This document shows positions 1 through 9,634 of a stretch of DNA of 64,000 nucleotides, one piece after another. The DNA is from Desulfobacterales bacterium (GTDB lineage Bacteria > Desulfobacterota > Desulfobacteria > Desulfobacterales > SURF-7). Numbering within the stretch: position 1 is the first letter of the stretch; each line of letters starts with the position of its first letter. The notes under the pieces are model-generated. The model was given only the letters and a program-made list of their open reading frames with translations, had not been told where the DNA came from and made no database searches. The translations under genes were made by a program, and so were the position numbers. The stretch covers positions 4,782-68,781 of the forward strand of contig JABHLN010000003.1 in NCBI GenBank assembly GCA_018693105.1, read 5' to 3'.

Positions 1-51
1 TTTTCAGATTTTAATCTTTTTAGTATCTGTCCTTTCATTTTCACCCCATCT

Positions 52-87
52 CTTAGCCATCGGTTATACTTTTTACAAGTTCATCAA
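52..87. repeat. Repeat family A end fragment (CTTAGCCATCGGTTATACTTTTTACRAGTTCATCAA)
   Basis: Near-identical to 16491-16526 and 52451-52486; reverse copy at 14113-14142. Confidence 0.85.
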
Positions 88-206
88 ATGGTTAACTTTA
101 AAGGACGTGTGGTTAACCAAATGTTTAAAAAAAATCAATTCATGTTTAATAAAAAGAAGTAAATACAATAAATTAATCTACTTTCTGCTATTTCCGTCCA
201 TTCTTT

Positions 207-3200
207 TTAAGCTTTCTGTTCACGTACAATATGCTCTCCGATTTTTTCAGCCGAACTCCCGAAAAGCTCTTTAGTTTCAACTATTTCAAGGAATTCATCA
301 TCCCATGCTAAGCTGTTTTCCTGTACGATATTCTGAATATGTTCAAATTTTCCGCCTAAAGCCTTTTTCTTGACATCCAGCGGGATGTTCTCCCGGAAAC
401 CGACATTAAGCAGTAAAAGGTTGTCTATAATATTCTGGCCCGTCGAAGATGTAGAAATTACCGGTATGACAATTATACTGCGGTCGTCTTTTCTCCCTTT
501 ACCGATATAGACATTCCCCTGGGCTACAATTGTTTTTTTAGTTCCCTTAAGCCTGTTATCGTCTTCCACTCTTGAGGGAATAGGCTTTAACACTCCTTCC
601 TTGTTTAAAACTTTTATTGTCGTGTTATCAATAGGTTCACCAAGAAGGTTCAGTCCATCTATCCGATATAGTATATTCCCTTTGATCTCTGATACTACCC
701 CCTGGAGATTTCTAAGAACAATTACATTTTTATTTGTTAGATGTGTTACATTGAAATTATTTCCGGCAAGTATATCAAAAAGTATCCCTTCAACTTTTTC
801 ACTGATGCGACTGGTTCCCACTGTAACAGTCTTTGCCTGATGTTTAATAGCATCCACAGGTCTTGCCATAAAATTTATTGAATTTCCCAGGCACTCAAAC
901 AGGGAATTCAACATATTAAGGGCTGTACCCTTTTTCCCGAAATCAATCTCAAAGTCTGAAACCGGCAGCCTTCCTGAAAGATATTTAAGCAGAAGCGTCA
1001 AATCAGATGCTGCGTCAAAACCAATTGATGTAGGAAAACTTTTTTCCGCCCTTTTTCTCCGGAATTCATAATAAAATCCTGCAATCTTTTCTCTGAAGCT
1101 TTTCTCAAGAACCAATTCATATACATTCAGTCCGTTATCAGCATAAGTATCTATCGTATCCTGAATATCCTTACGGAAATTATCTAAAAACCGTGAGCCA
1201 TCGTTTATTGATAGAGCAGCATAATATCCCCAGATATGACCGGCAAGTGTATTTAAAATCGGCGCAAGATGCTCGGGAACAACCGGAACATGAAATACAT
1301 CCTCGGAATACTGCGTAAACCTCTCCTCACCTTCATTTGCAATTACAATCGGAGTCGACTTGTGCGCATGAAAAATCGCGGTATCTTTTATTATGTCCCC
1401 GACAACATTCTCCCTGGTACCTGCAGCGCACACAATTATAAGAGGTTCGGATGAAAGATCTATGTGTTTTTTATCTTCCACATAATCTGAAGAAATAGTT
1501 TTATAACAAAGCTCACTAAGCTTTATCCTGATTTCATCAGCTGCAGCTTTATTCGGTCCGCTTCCAACAACTGCCCAGTATGTCTTATTTACAGCGAGTC
1601 TTCTTGCAGAATTCTCCATACTCTTACTTCCCGACAATACTTTCCGCATGCATGCCGGAAGTGAGAGAAGATGTTTTATTTCATCAGAAATAAAATCACC
1701 ATTCCGGAACTCTTTAACTCCGGTTATGTAGAGACTGAGGATTGCCCCTGCAACTATTTGTGAATAAAACGCTTTAGTCGATGCAACTGACATTTCAATA
1801 TCACGGCCTGTGCTGGTATATATAACACCGTCAACTTTGTATGTAAGGTCGGAATCTCTTCTGTTTACAATGGCAAGAGTATATGCGCCCCTTTCCTTCA
1901 CCATATCCACGGCACGGTTCGTATCTGTAGTAGTTCCTGACTGGCTTATGGCAACTACAAGAGTATCCTTCATACTAAGGGAGTCGTCATCTTCTTTTAA
2001 ATCAAACCCGCTAAACTCAGATGCCTTACAGGCCTGTATATGAATCGATGGATCATTAAGATAGTACTTTAAAATATCCGCACAGGCCAATGCAGCAACT
2101 CCGGCTGTACCCTGTCCTATAAAAAAGACACGGTTTATCCGTTTCTCTTCAGTTTTCTCAACAAGTACCTTTTGTAATATTGTTGGAATTGTCTTTTCAT
2201 CAAGATCAATTACATACCTGCTTTTATTAGTTTTGCTGATTTTCCAGCGATTACGGAGTGTTTTTTCAACTGAGACAGGTGCTTCCGAAATCTCTTTCAT
2301 AAAGTAATGTGGGAAATCCTGACGATCAATATCCCTGGATGTTATATCAGTATATTTAATATCCTTCTTTTTGTATTTTATTTTTGTGCCGTCATAATAC
2401 ATACCCTTAATACCTTCCAGACCACCTGCAGAAGATTGATCCAGAATTACAATTTGCCCTTGTGTTTTCCCCTTTTCCCCGTCAACGACTTTTTCCCCGT
2501 CCATTTTGAGAAAATTGGAGGTTTCTTCAATAAAACCGTAAACTTCAGAAGTCGGCATGTAATGCTCATTGGAAATACCGATAAAAACTGCCTGCCCGCT
2601 TCCCTTTTGTGCAAGAAACAATTTACCCGGGGCAAGGTCTGTTTGCATGGAAATAGCATGAGAACCCTCAAAGTCATTGACTGCACGTCGAAAGGCCTCC
2701 TCAGGGTTATTACCCTCATTAATATATTTTCCAATCTGAATTGGAATAATCTTTGTGTCTGTTGTTACCTCTTCAGGAACATGACCTCCTTTCAACTCAA
2801 ATTCTTTTTTCAGTTCCAGATAATTATCAATATCACCATTGAGGCAGACATGAATTATTCCTTCCTGACCGGATGAGGTTGTCCTGTTATCCACAGGATG
2901 GCAGTTCGGTTCACTTATTTCACCGACAGATGCCCATCGCGTATGAGCTGAAATTGTATAGAATTCTGCAGGATAAGAAATCAGCCCTTTAAATATTGGA
3001 TCATTTTTAATTTCCCATCGCAGAAAATTAATATTATCACCAAGACTGCCGATCTCGGCAGCTATTTTATAAGTAAACGTAATGGCTGTAAGTTTATCCC
3101 CGCCATCATTTTCAGAATCCCTGATACTTATACTTTTATTTACAAGGGTCTTCTTTCCCATGCGTTCGTTAAGTAATTCCGAAAGATTTGTCCGGCCTTT

Positions 3201-3989
3201 ATAACCGTCAATCCAAGCTTTGAATTTTTTATATTCCTCTCTTGCCAGAATAAACATTATTGAAATACCGGATGAATCGCGCCCCCTTACTTCGAGACGG
3301 TCAATACTGTTTAACACGGCATTGATTTTCTTGTAGATTGTAATAACAGATGTAGATGAATGGTTATTCCCATTTCCCACAAAGTCCATTACTTTTATAA
3401 TGTTCCCTGATATTTCAGTGGCAAGACACCATCTTGTATCCTTGAGGTCTTCTATAGCCTGACTCATAATTTCAACATTGCCAGAACTCATAAATCCCAT
3501 ATTATCTGCCAGAGCTTTTTCTTCATTATCTATTAGTTTCTCAATACGCCCTGATATTTTCCCGAGTTCATTATAAAGTGTTTTATCTTTGTAAATACTT
3601 ATGAAAGGGGTCTCGTCTTTAAGGCTTTTAACCTCCCCTGCAAGCATACTGATATGTTTTTTTCCTCCAAGATAATACTCTCCAATCGCTGCTTTTTCTT
3701 TGGATGAAAAATATCGGTTTGTTTCGGCTTTTTTTACCATATCCTCCAGGAGAGAGATATTAACCGCTCTTTTTTCATTCTTTGTGTTTTTTCCCTTTTT
3801 ATTAAATGATACGACACCGGATAATCCGCAAAAGAACACGTTTTCATCATAAGGAAAGAAAACGATTGATCCTTCAGGAACACAGGCCATTCTCCTGCCG
3901 AAATACACACAAGTTGAAAGACAAGAATATAAACTGACTTTCATATATTTTAAAAAAGCGAATATTCCTTCAGTCAATTTTATCTCCAT
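207..3989 (-). CDS. glmS: Extended glutamine--fructose-6-phosphate aminotransferase-like protein (GATase-II + 2 SIS domains, with insertions and a C-terminal extension)
   Basis: CGL at residue 54, RLEVRGRDSSG, AHTRWA, NCHP, NGDIDNY, SQSGTT, VASTKAF, AKTVTV; 1260 aa versus ~610 aa for canonical GlmS; start codon uncertain. Confidence 0.8.
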   Translation of the reverse strand: MEIKLTEGIFAFLKYMKVSLYSCLSTCVYFGRRMACVPEGSIVFFPYDENVFFCGLSGVVSFNKKGKNTKNEKRAVNISLLEDMVKKAETNRYFSSKEKAAIGEYYLGGKKHISMLAGEVKSLKDETPFISIYKDKTLYNELGKISGRIEKLIDNEEKALADNMGFMSSGNVEIMSQAIEDLKDTRWCLATEISGNIIKVMDFVGNGNNHSSTSVITIYKKINAVLNSIDRLEVRGRDSSGISIMFILAREEYKKFKAWIDGYKGRTNLSELLNERMGKKTLVNKSISIRDSENDGGDKLTAITFTYKIAAEIGSLGDNINFLRWEIKNDPIFKGLISYPAEFYTISAHTRWASVGEISEPNCHPVDNRTTSSGQEGIIHVCLNGDIDNYLELKKEFELKGGHVPEEVTTDTKIIPIQIGKYINEGNNPEEAFRRAVNDFEGSHAISMQTDLAPGKLFLAQKGSGQAVFIGISNEHYMPTSEVYGFIEETSNFLKMDGEKVVDGEKGKTQGQIVILDQSSAGGLEGIKGMYYDGTKIKYKKKDIKYTDITSRDIDRQDFPHYFMKEISEAPVSVEKTLRNRWKISKTNKSRYVIDLDEKTIPTILQKVLVEKTEEKRINRVFFIGQGTAGVAALACADILKYYLNDPSIHIQACKASEFSGFDLKEDDDSLSMKDTLVVAISQSGTTTDTNRAVDMVKERGAYTLAIVNRRDSDLTYKVDGVIYTSTGRDIEMSVASTKAFYSQIVAGAILSLYITGVKEFRNGDFISDEIKHLLSLPACMRKVLSGSKSMENSARRLAVNKTYWAVVGSGPNKAAADEIRIKLSELCYKTISSDYVEDKKHIDLSSEPLIIVCAAGTRENVVGDIIKDTAIFHAHKSTPIVIANEGEERFTQYSEDVFHVPVVPEHLAPILNTLAGHIWGYYAALSINDGSRFLDNFRKDIQDTIDTYADNGLNVYELVLEKSFREKIAGFYYEFRRKRAEKSFPTSIGFDAASDLTLLLKYLSGRLPVSDFEIDFGKKGTALNMLNSLFECLGNSINFMARPVDAIKHQAKTVTVGTSRISEKVEGILFDILAGNNFNVTHLTNKNVIVLRNLQGVVSEIKGNILYRIDGLNLLGEPIDNTTIKVLNKEGVLKPIPSRVEDDNRLKGTKKTIVAQGNVYIGKGRKDDRSIIVIPVISTSSTGQNIIDNLLLLNVGFRENIPLDVKKKALGGKFEHIQNIVQENSLAWDDEFLEIVETKELFGSSAEKIGEHIVREQKA

Positions 3990-4062
3990 TTTACAATGAT
4001 AATGATATCAGATTTAAAAGTCTTTTCGTTTCAATAATGAGAACTATATAAAAAAAGATAAG

Positions 4063-5184
<1,122 letters not shown>

Positions 5185-5236
5185 TTATATTAAAGTTTTT
5201 ATTTAGTGTCCATCCATAAACAGGATAATTTGGCAA

Positions 5237-6421
5237 CTATTTAAATACCCCTTCAATTTTTTTTATACGATCATTTAAATCATCTTCTGTCCAGGATAGT
5301 TTTATCTGCATTGATATCATTCTTTTCATTAAACTGTCAGACTTTGGCATCTCAACCCTTTTGTAGTCAGGACAGTTTTCAAGAAGCTGAACAGGAAGAG
5401 GTGCTGCCGAATCAAGATTTTTAAGATGATCCCATTGTCGAATATAATGCCAGTTATTAGCATACCAGTAAAAACATCCATCAACACCCGCTTGTGCAAG
5501 ACCCTCAACAGCCTCACACGCCTGAGCTTCATCCGGAAGAAAAAAAGAAATAAATGTTGCAGAATCACCATTTTCATCAGGCAGGCTTCTGAAAGAAATA
5601 TTCGAAAACCCTGACATGGCATCTTTGACTGCTTTTTTGTTTGCTTTCTGTTTTTCAAGAATTGAATCAAGTTTTTTTAGCTGTGCAACACCAACTGCGG
5701 CGTTTAGTTCGCTTATACGATAATTAGCACCAAGTATGGGATGGCCTTCAAGCCCCCTGTCACTGCCCACATGATCATGTCCATGATCAGAATAGGCATC
5801 TGCGTTCACATAAAGTTCTTTTGAGTCTGTAACAACAGCTCCTCCTTCACCACAGGTAATGGTTTTTACATAATCAAATGAGAAGCACCCCATATTACCA
5901 AAGGTTCCCAGAAATTTACCTTCATAGGATCCACCTATCGCCTGACAGGCATCCTCGATAAGAACAAGACCTTTCCTGTCACAGATATCTTTTATTTCAT
6001 CAATACGGGCCATTGCGCCACACATATGGACAGGCAACACAGCTTTTGTATTAGGCGTAATAACCTTTCTGATTTCATTCGGATCAAGGCATAAGGTATC
6101 ATCTATTTCTGCAAATACCGGTATCGCACCGGCATTTAGTACTGACTCTATTGTTGCAAGAAAGGTAAAGGGAGGAACAATGACCTCATCCCCGGCACCA
6201 ACACCACATGAAGCCAGTGCAATTGAAAGAGCTGAAGTACCGCTGGAACAAAGGTGACAGTGTTGTACATCAAGCTTTTTTGATAGCATTTCCTCAAAAG
6301 TTTTTGCCTTCCAGTGCCCGTTGCGAGCCTGATCAAAGCCGTAACGAAACAGGACACCTGTTTCCAGGACATCCTGAACTTCCTTCCTTTCATCATCACC
6401 AAATAATTCAAATCCAGGCAT
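5237..6421 (-). CDS. kdnA: 8-amino-3,8-dideoxy-manno-octulosonate (Kdo8N) transaminase, DegT/DnrJ PLP family
   Basis: N-terminus MPGFELFG, EDACQ, FSFDYVKTITCGEGG (PLP lysine) and DHGHDH, as in KdnA; paired with kdnB. Confidence 0.85.
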   Translation of the reverse strand: MPGFELFGDDERKEVQDVLETGVLFRYGFDQARNGHWKAKTFEEMLSKKLDVQHCHLCSSGTSALSIALASCGVGAGDEVIVPPFTFLATIESVLNAGAIPVFAEIDDTLCLDPNEIRKVITPNTKAVLPVHMCGAMARIDEIKDICDRKGLVLIEDACQAIGGSYEGKFLGTFGNMGCFSFDYVKTITCGEGGAVVTDSKELYVNADAYSDHGHDHVGSDRGLEGHPILGANYRISELNAAVGVAQLKKLDSILEKQKANKKAVKDAMSGFSNISFRSLPDENGDSATFISFFLPDEAQACEAVEGLAQAGVDGCFYWYANNWHYIRQWDHLKNLDSAAPLPVQLLENCPDYKRVEMPKSDSLMKRMISMQIKLSWTEDDLNDRIKKIEGVFK

Positions 6422-6464
6422 ATCATTTCTCCTTACCGGTTTAAATCTTTCTCAAGTATAATGG

Positions 6465-6525
6465 TGCTGCTCCAGCTATAGCTGGACCAATTAGCCATCG
6501 ATTATGCTTTTTATGACTTCTTCAA
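6465..6525. repeat. Degenerate repeat family A fragment with CCAGCTATAGCTGG palindrome
   Basis: TTAGCCATCGATTATGCTTTTTATGACTTCTTCAA resembles the family A end. Confidence 0.55.
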
Positions 6526-6590
6526 GTTTAAACTGAAATCGCTCATGGAAGAGGCCTTACGCTGTATGAAATATATGTAATTGCTGCTTT

Positions 6591-6732
6591 GAGACCTTTG
6601 CATAACACCCCTTTTTGCTCAATTTCTGCGTCAAGCTCAAATTTTAATCCTCGAAATACTCAATGTATTACTGTGGTTAAAATTTTCGCTTTCCTTGAAC
6701 TTGAACAAAAATGGACATTCTGCAAAGGTCTC
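6591..6732. repeat. 142-bp palindromic element (RPE/MITE-like), family B
   Basis: Terminal IRs GAGACCTTTGCA...TGCAAAGGTCTC; homologous to 12104-12250. Confidence 0.8.
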
Positions 6733-6742
6733 GTTTTATATC

Positions 6743-6786
6743 AACAAAGAGAACCAATAGAACCGGTTAAACTAAAAAGGACCGGC
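6743..6786. repeat. Degenerate 9-bp periodic repeat (AACYRR-NNN)
   Basis: aacaaagag aaccaatag aaccggtta aactaaaag; same unit type as 13362-13430. Confidence 0.45.
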
Positions 6787-6819
6787 TTTCAGAACAGAAT
6801 ATTATATTTTTCTTTATTA

Positions 6820-7620
6820 CTATTTTCTGGTTATAATCTCAGACAGATCAATTTCTGCTTCTACACCATCTTCAAGCTTGACACTTATTTTGTTGGAAAT
6901 AAGATTATGACGAACAACTTTCCCTTTTCCTCTTTCAGTATCAACCTTCTTACCAACTTTTGGAGCCTTATCCTTGAGATGCTGATAGGTCTTATTTTCA
7001 AAAGTCAGACAGCACATAAGCCTTCCGCACTGACCTGAGATTTTTGTCGGATTAAGTGACAGCCCCTGATTCTTTGCCATGCGTATTGAAACAGGTTCAA
7101 ATTTTCCCATAAAAGCCGAACAGCAGATTTCACGTCCACACCGTCCCATACCGCCGCACATTTTTGCCTGATTGCGAATCCCAACCTGACGCATCTCAAT
7201 CTTGACCCGGTATTTATTGACAAGCATTTTCACAAGCTGTCGAAAATCAACACGGCCTTCAGCGGTAAAGAAAAAAGTCAACTTGCTGGCATCAAAGATA
7301 CTTTCAACAAAAAAAAGATTCATTTCAAGTTTAAGCTCTTTTATACATTCAAGACAATAATCATGTGCTTTCTTCTCAAGTTCAGTATTTTTTTCCCTCT
7401 GCAGAAGATCGTCCTGATTTGCAAGTCTGTATACCTTTTTCAGCGCTTTTTTTAAATTAACTTTCTCCACAGGTACCTGTGGAGTTACCACAAACCCGAA
7501 GCTGAGTCCCTGATCTGTTTCAACGATCACATCATCCCCGAGTTCAAGTACAAAAGCGCCACAGTCAAAATCATAAATCTTTCCGGCGGGTTTAAATCTA
7601 ATTCCTACTACTTTTACCAT
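6820..7620 (-). CDS. PSP1-domain protein (YaaT/RicT family)
   Basis: RVDFRQLVK, GRCGREICC, LNPTKISGQCGRLMCCL; follows holB as is usual. Confidence 0.9.
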   Translation of the reverse strand: MVKVVGIRFKPAGKIYDFDCGAFVLELGDDVIVETDQGLSFGFVVTPQVPVEKVNLKKALKKVYRLANQDDLLQREKNTELEKKAHDYCLECIKELKLEMNLFFVESIFDASKLTFFFTAEGRVDFRQLVKMLVNKYRVKIEMRQVGIRNQAKMCGGMGRCGREICCSAFMGKFEPVSIRMAKNQGLSLNPTKISGQCGRLMCCLTFENKTYQHLKDKAPKVGKKVDTERGKGKVVRHNLISNKISVKLEDGVEAEIDLSEIITRK

Positions 7621-7628
7621 AAACTTTC

Positions 7629-8699
7629 TTATCCGATAGGATTTGCGAGTCTCATTACCATTAGTTCCAGGGTCAGCTTCAAATTTGCATTAGCAGTAAT
7701 ACTTCGCTGAGCTACCTGAACTGCTTCAATCTTTGAAACAATCGACTCAACAGTTGTTTTTTGTGAAAATGACTTTATTCTGGATGCAAGGTCAATGTTT
7801 ATAATTATCTCAGGAGAATATCGATAGATTAATATATCCCGCAAATAGGTTTTCAATATTTCAAGAGTATCCGAAATATATGCTTTTTTTTCAGCCAGTT
7901 TTTCTGCAAAAGCCAATACTGAACTCATTGAACGTGACGGCAGTATTTCAACTTCATTTACCAGCCATTTTCTCCAATTGTTTAAACTTACCCTGCCTAC
8001 TTTACCAGGTGCTATTGACAAAGCTCTTGCCAAACTTCCATTAGCCATAGAAGCTGCAGCAAATGCTTCATCTTCAGATATCCCGTGGTTGTCAATAAGA
8101 ATTTTCTCAATGTTTTTTCTTGAGACAGGATTAAACCTGATCTGTTGACAACGGGAAACAATAGTTGGGAGGAGATCTGATGTATGCGTTGCCGTTAGAA
8201 CAAATAAAGTTCTTTCAGGCGGTTCTTCCAGTATTTTCAGAAGCGCATTCCCTGCCTCTTTATTCATTTTATGAGCATCGGATATCAAAATGACACGAAC
8301 CTTTGCTTCATAAGGTTTCAAAATAAGAGAATTGCATAGTTCACGGATCTGTATGATTTTGATAATTAAACCTGAAGGTTCAATATTAATAATATCCGGG
8401 TGGTTTCCTGAAAGGATTTTACGACAGGATCGGCATTTACCGCATGGGTTTGAAACTTTCCGTTCCCTATGGGTGTTATGTGGTTCATCTATATTTCCAG
8501 AGTAAACCCGAGCAACCTCTGAACAATTGCAGGCCATCGCAAAGATATTTGCAATTGTAAGCTTACCGATACCGTCTACCCCTGTGAAAAGCATGGCATG
8601 GGGGATGCTCCCTTTTGCCAGGATAGCGGACAATGTTCTTATTGGCTGTCTCTGGTTTAATAAACCATCAAATCCGGAAAAAGCCTCGTTCCCAGGCAC
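7629..8699 (-). CDS. holB: DNA polymerase III subunit delta'
   Basis: HAMLFTGVDGIGK, CGKCRSC zinc module, HPD, NALLKILEEPP, PTIVSRC. Confidence 0.92.
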   Translation of the reverse strand: MPGNEAFSGFDGLLNQRQPIRTLSAILAKGSIPHAMLFTGVDGIGKLTIANIFAMACNCSEVARVYSGNIDEPHNTHRERKVSNPCGKCRSCRKILSGNHPDIINIEPSGLIIKIIQIRELCNSLILKPYEAKVRVILISDAHKMNKEAGNALLKILEEPPERTLFVLTATHTSDLLPTIVSRCQQIRFNPVSRKNIEKILIDNHGISEDEAFAAASMANGSLARALSIAPGKVGRVSLNNWRKWLVNEVEILPSRSMSSVLAFAEKLAEKKAYISDTLEILKTYLRDILIYRYSPEIIINIDLASRIKSFSQKTTVESIVSKIEAVQVAQRSITANANLKLTLELMVMRLANPIG

Positions 8700-8703
8700 A
8701 GAT

Positions 8704-8979
8704 CTAATAATCCACTCTTTCTTTTAATTCTTTGCCGCATTTAAAGAAAGGAAGCTTTTTAGGTTTAATAACAACCTTTTCTCCAGTCTTGGGATTTCTA
8801 CCTGTATAGCTTTTATAGTCCTTTACATAAAAACTGCAAAGTCCACGGATTTCAACCCTCTCACCCTTTGCCATGGCATCAGCCATTGAATCAAAAAAGA
8901 TCTGTATAACCTTTGCAGCATCAGATTTGGATATATTCGCTTCGGTTTTCAAAGCGGAGATGAACTCCAACTTGTTCAT
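8704..8979 (-). CDS. ihfB: Integration host factor beta / HU-family DNA-binding protein
   Basis: VEIRG, GRNPKTG, FKCGKELKERV; GGAGG RBS. Confidence 0.85.
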   Translation of the reverse strand: MNKLEFISALKTEANISKSDAAKVIQIFFDSMADAMAKGERVEIRGLCSFYVKDYKSYTGRNPKTGEKVVIKPKKLPFFKCGKELKERVDY

Positions 8980-9063
8980 ACGGCCTCCCTGTATATAAAA
9001 ATATTAAAAATAACTAACATCAAAGTCTTTTTAATAAACAAAACTTGATAAGAAGTCAAGCAG

Positions 9064-9603
9064 TTATGTCAAAATTTTAGGTAATAATTCCACATCATCT
9101 TTATCAACAACAACCGAAGCAAACTGACCAAGGGCTTCAATATTTACAACAACACAATCCTTCCCTTTGTATCTGACAAAATTCCCTGCAACACCTGTAA
9201 GCGGCCCATTTACAACGATAACCTTATCACCTGCCTCAAAAATGTTTCCGGTTAAAATGTCATCCTCTGACCCAACCATTATCTTCAATGATTCCAGCAC
9301 ATCACTAACAACAGGAACCGGACCGTCATTAAAACCGATAAATCTAACAACACCAACCGTTTTTACGATTTCAAGACGCTCATTAGGACTCAAACCGGAC
9401 TTCACGAAAATGTAACCCGGAAAAAGCGGCAAATTAATCATTATTTTTCTGTCACGCCGTTTGCTTCGAACCTTTATCTTTGGAAGAAAAGACTCTATGG
9501 ATTTCTTCGTAAGTGCTTCATTTACAACATTTTCAAACCGGCTTTTAGTATGCAGAACATACCATGATCTTTCATTTTTATTTTCAGATATCATTTTTTC
9601 CAA
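9064..9603 (-). CDS. NusG paralog, UpxY/RfaH/LoaP-type transcription antiterminator
   Basis: NGN domain WYVLHTKSRFE and PLFPGYIFV; KOW motif GDKVIVVNGPLTG; not in secE-rplK context. Confidence 0.85.
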   Translation of the reverse strand: MEKMISENKNERSWYVLHTKSRFENVVNEALTKKSIESFLPKIKVRSKRRDRKIMINLPLFPGYIFVKSGLSPNERLEIVKTVGVVRFIGFNDGPVPVVSDVLESLKIMVGSEDDILTGNIFEAGDKVIVVNGPLTGVAGNFVRYKGKDCVVVNIEALGQFASVVVDKDDVELLPKILT

Positions 9604-9634
9604 CTATAAACTCATATAAAATATTATTTCAGGA

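Noticed and set aside
6589..7038. 149-aa plus-strand ORF
   Set aside because: Runs through a palindromic repeat and antisense to PSP1; no motifs
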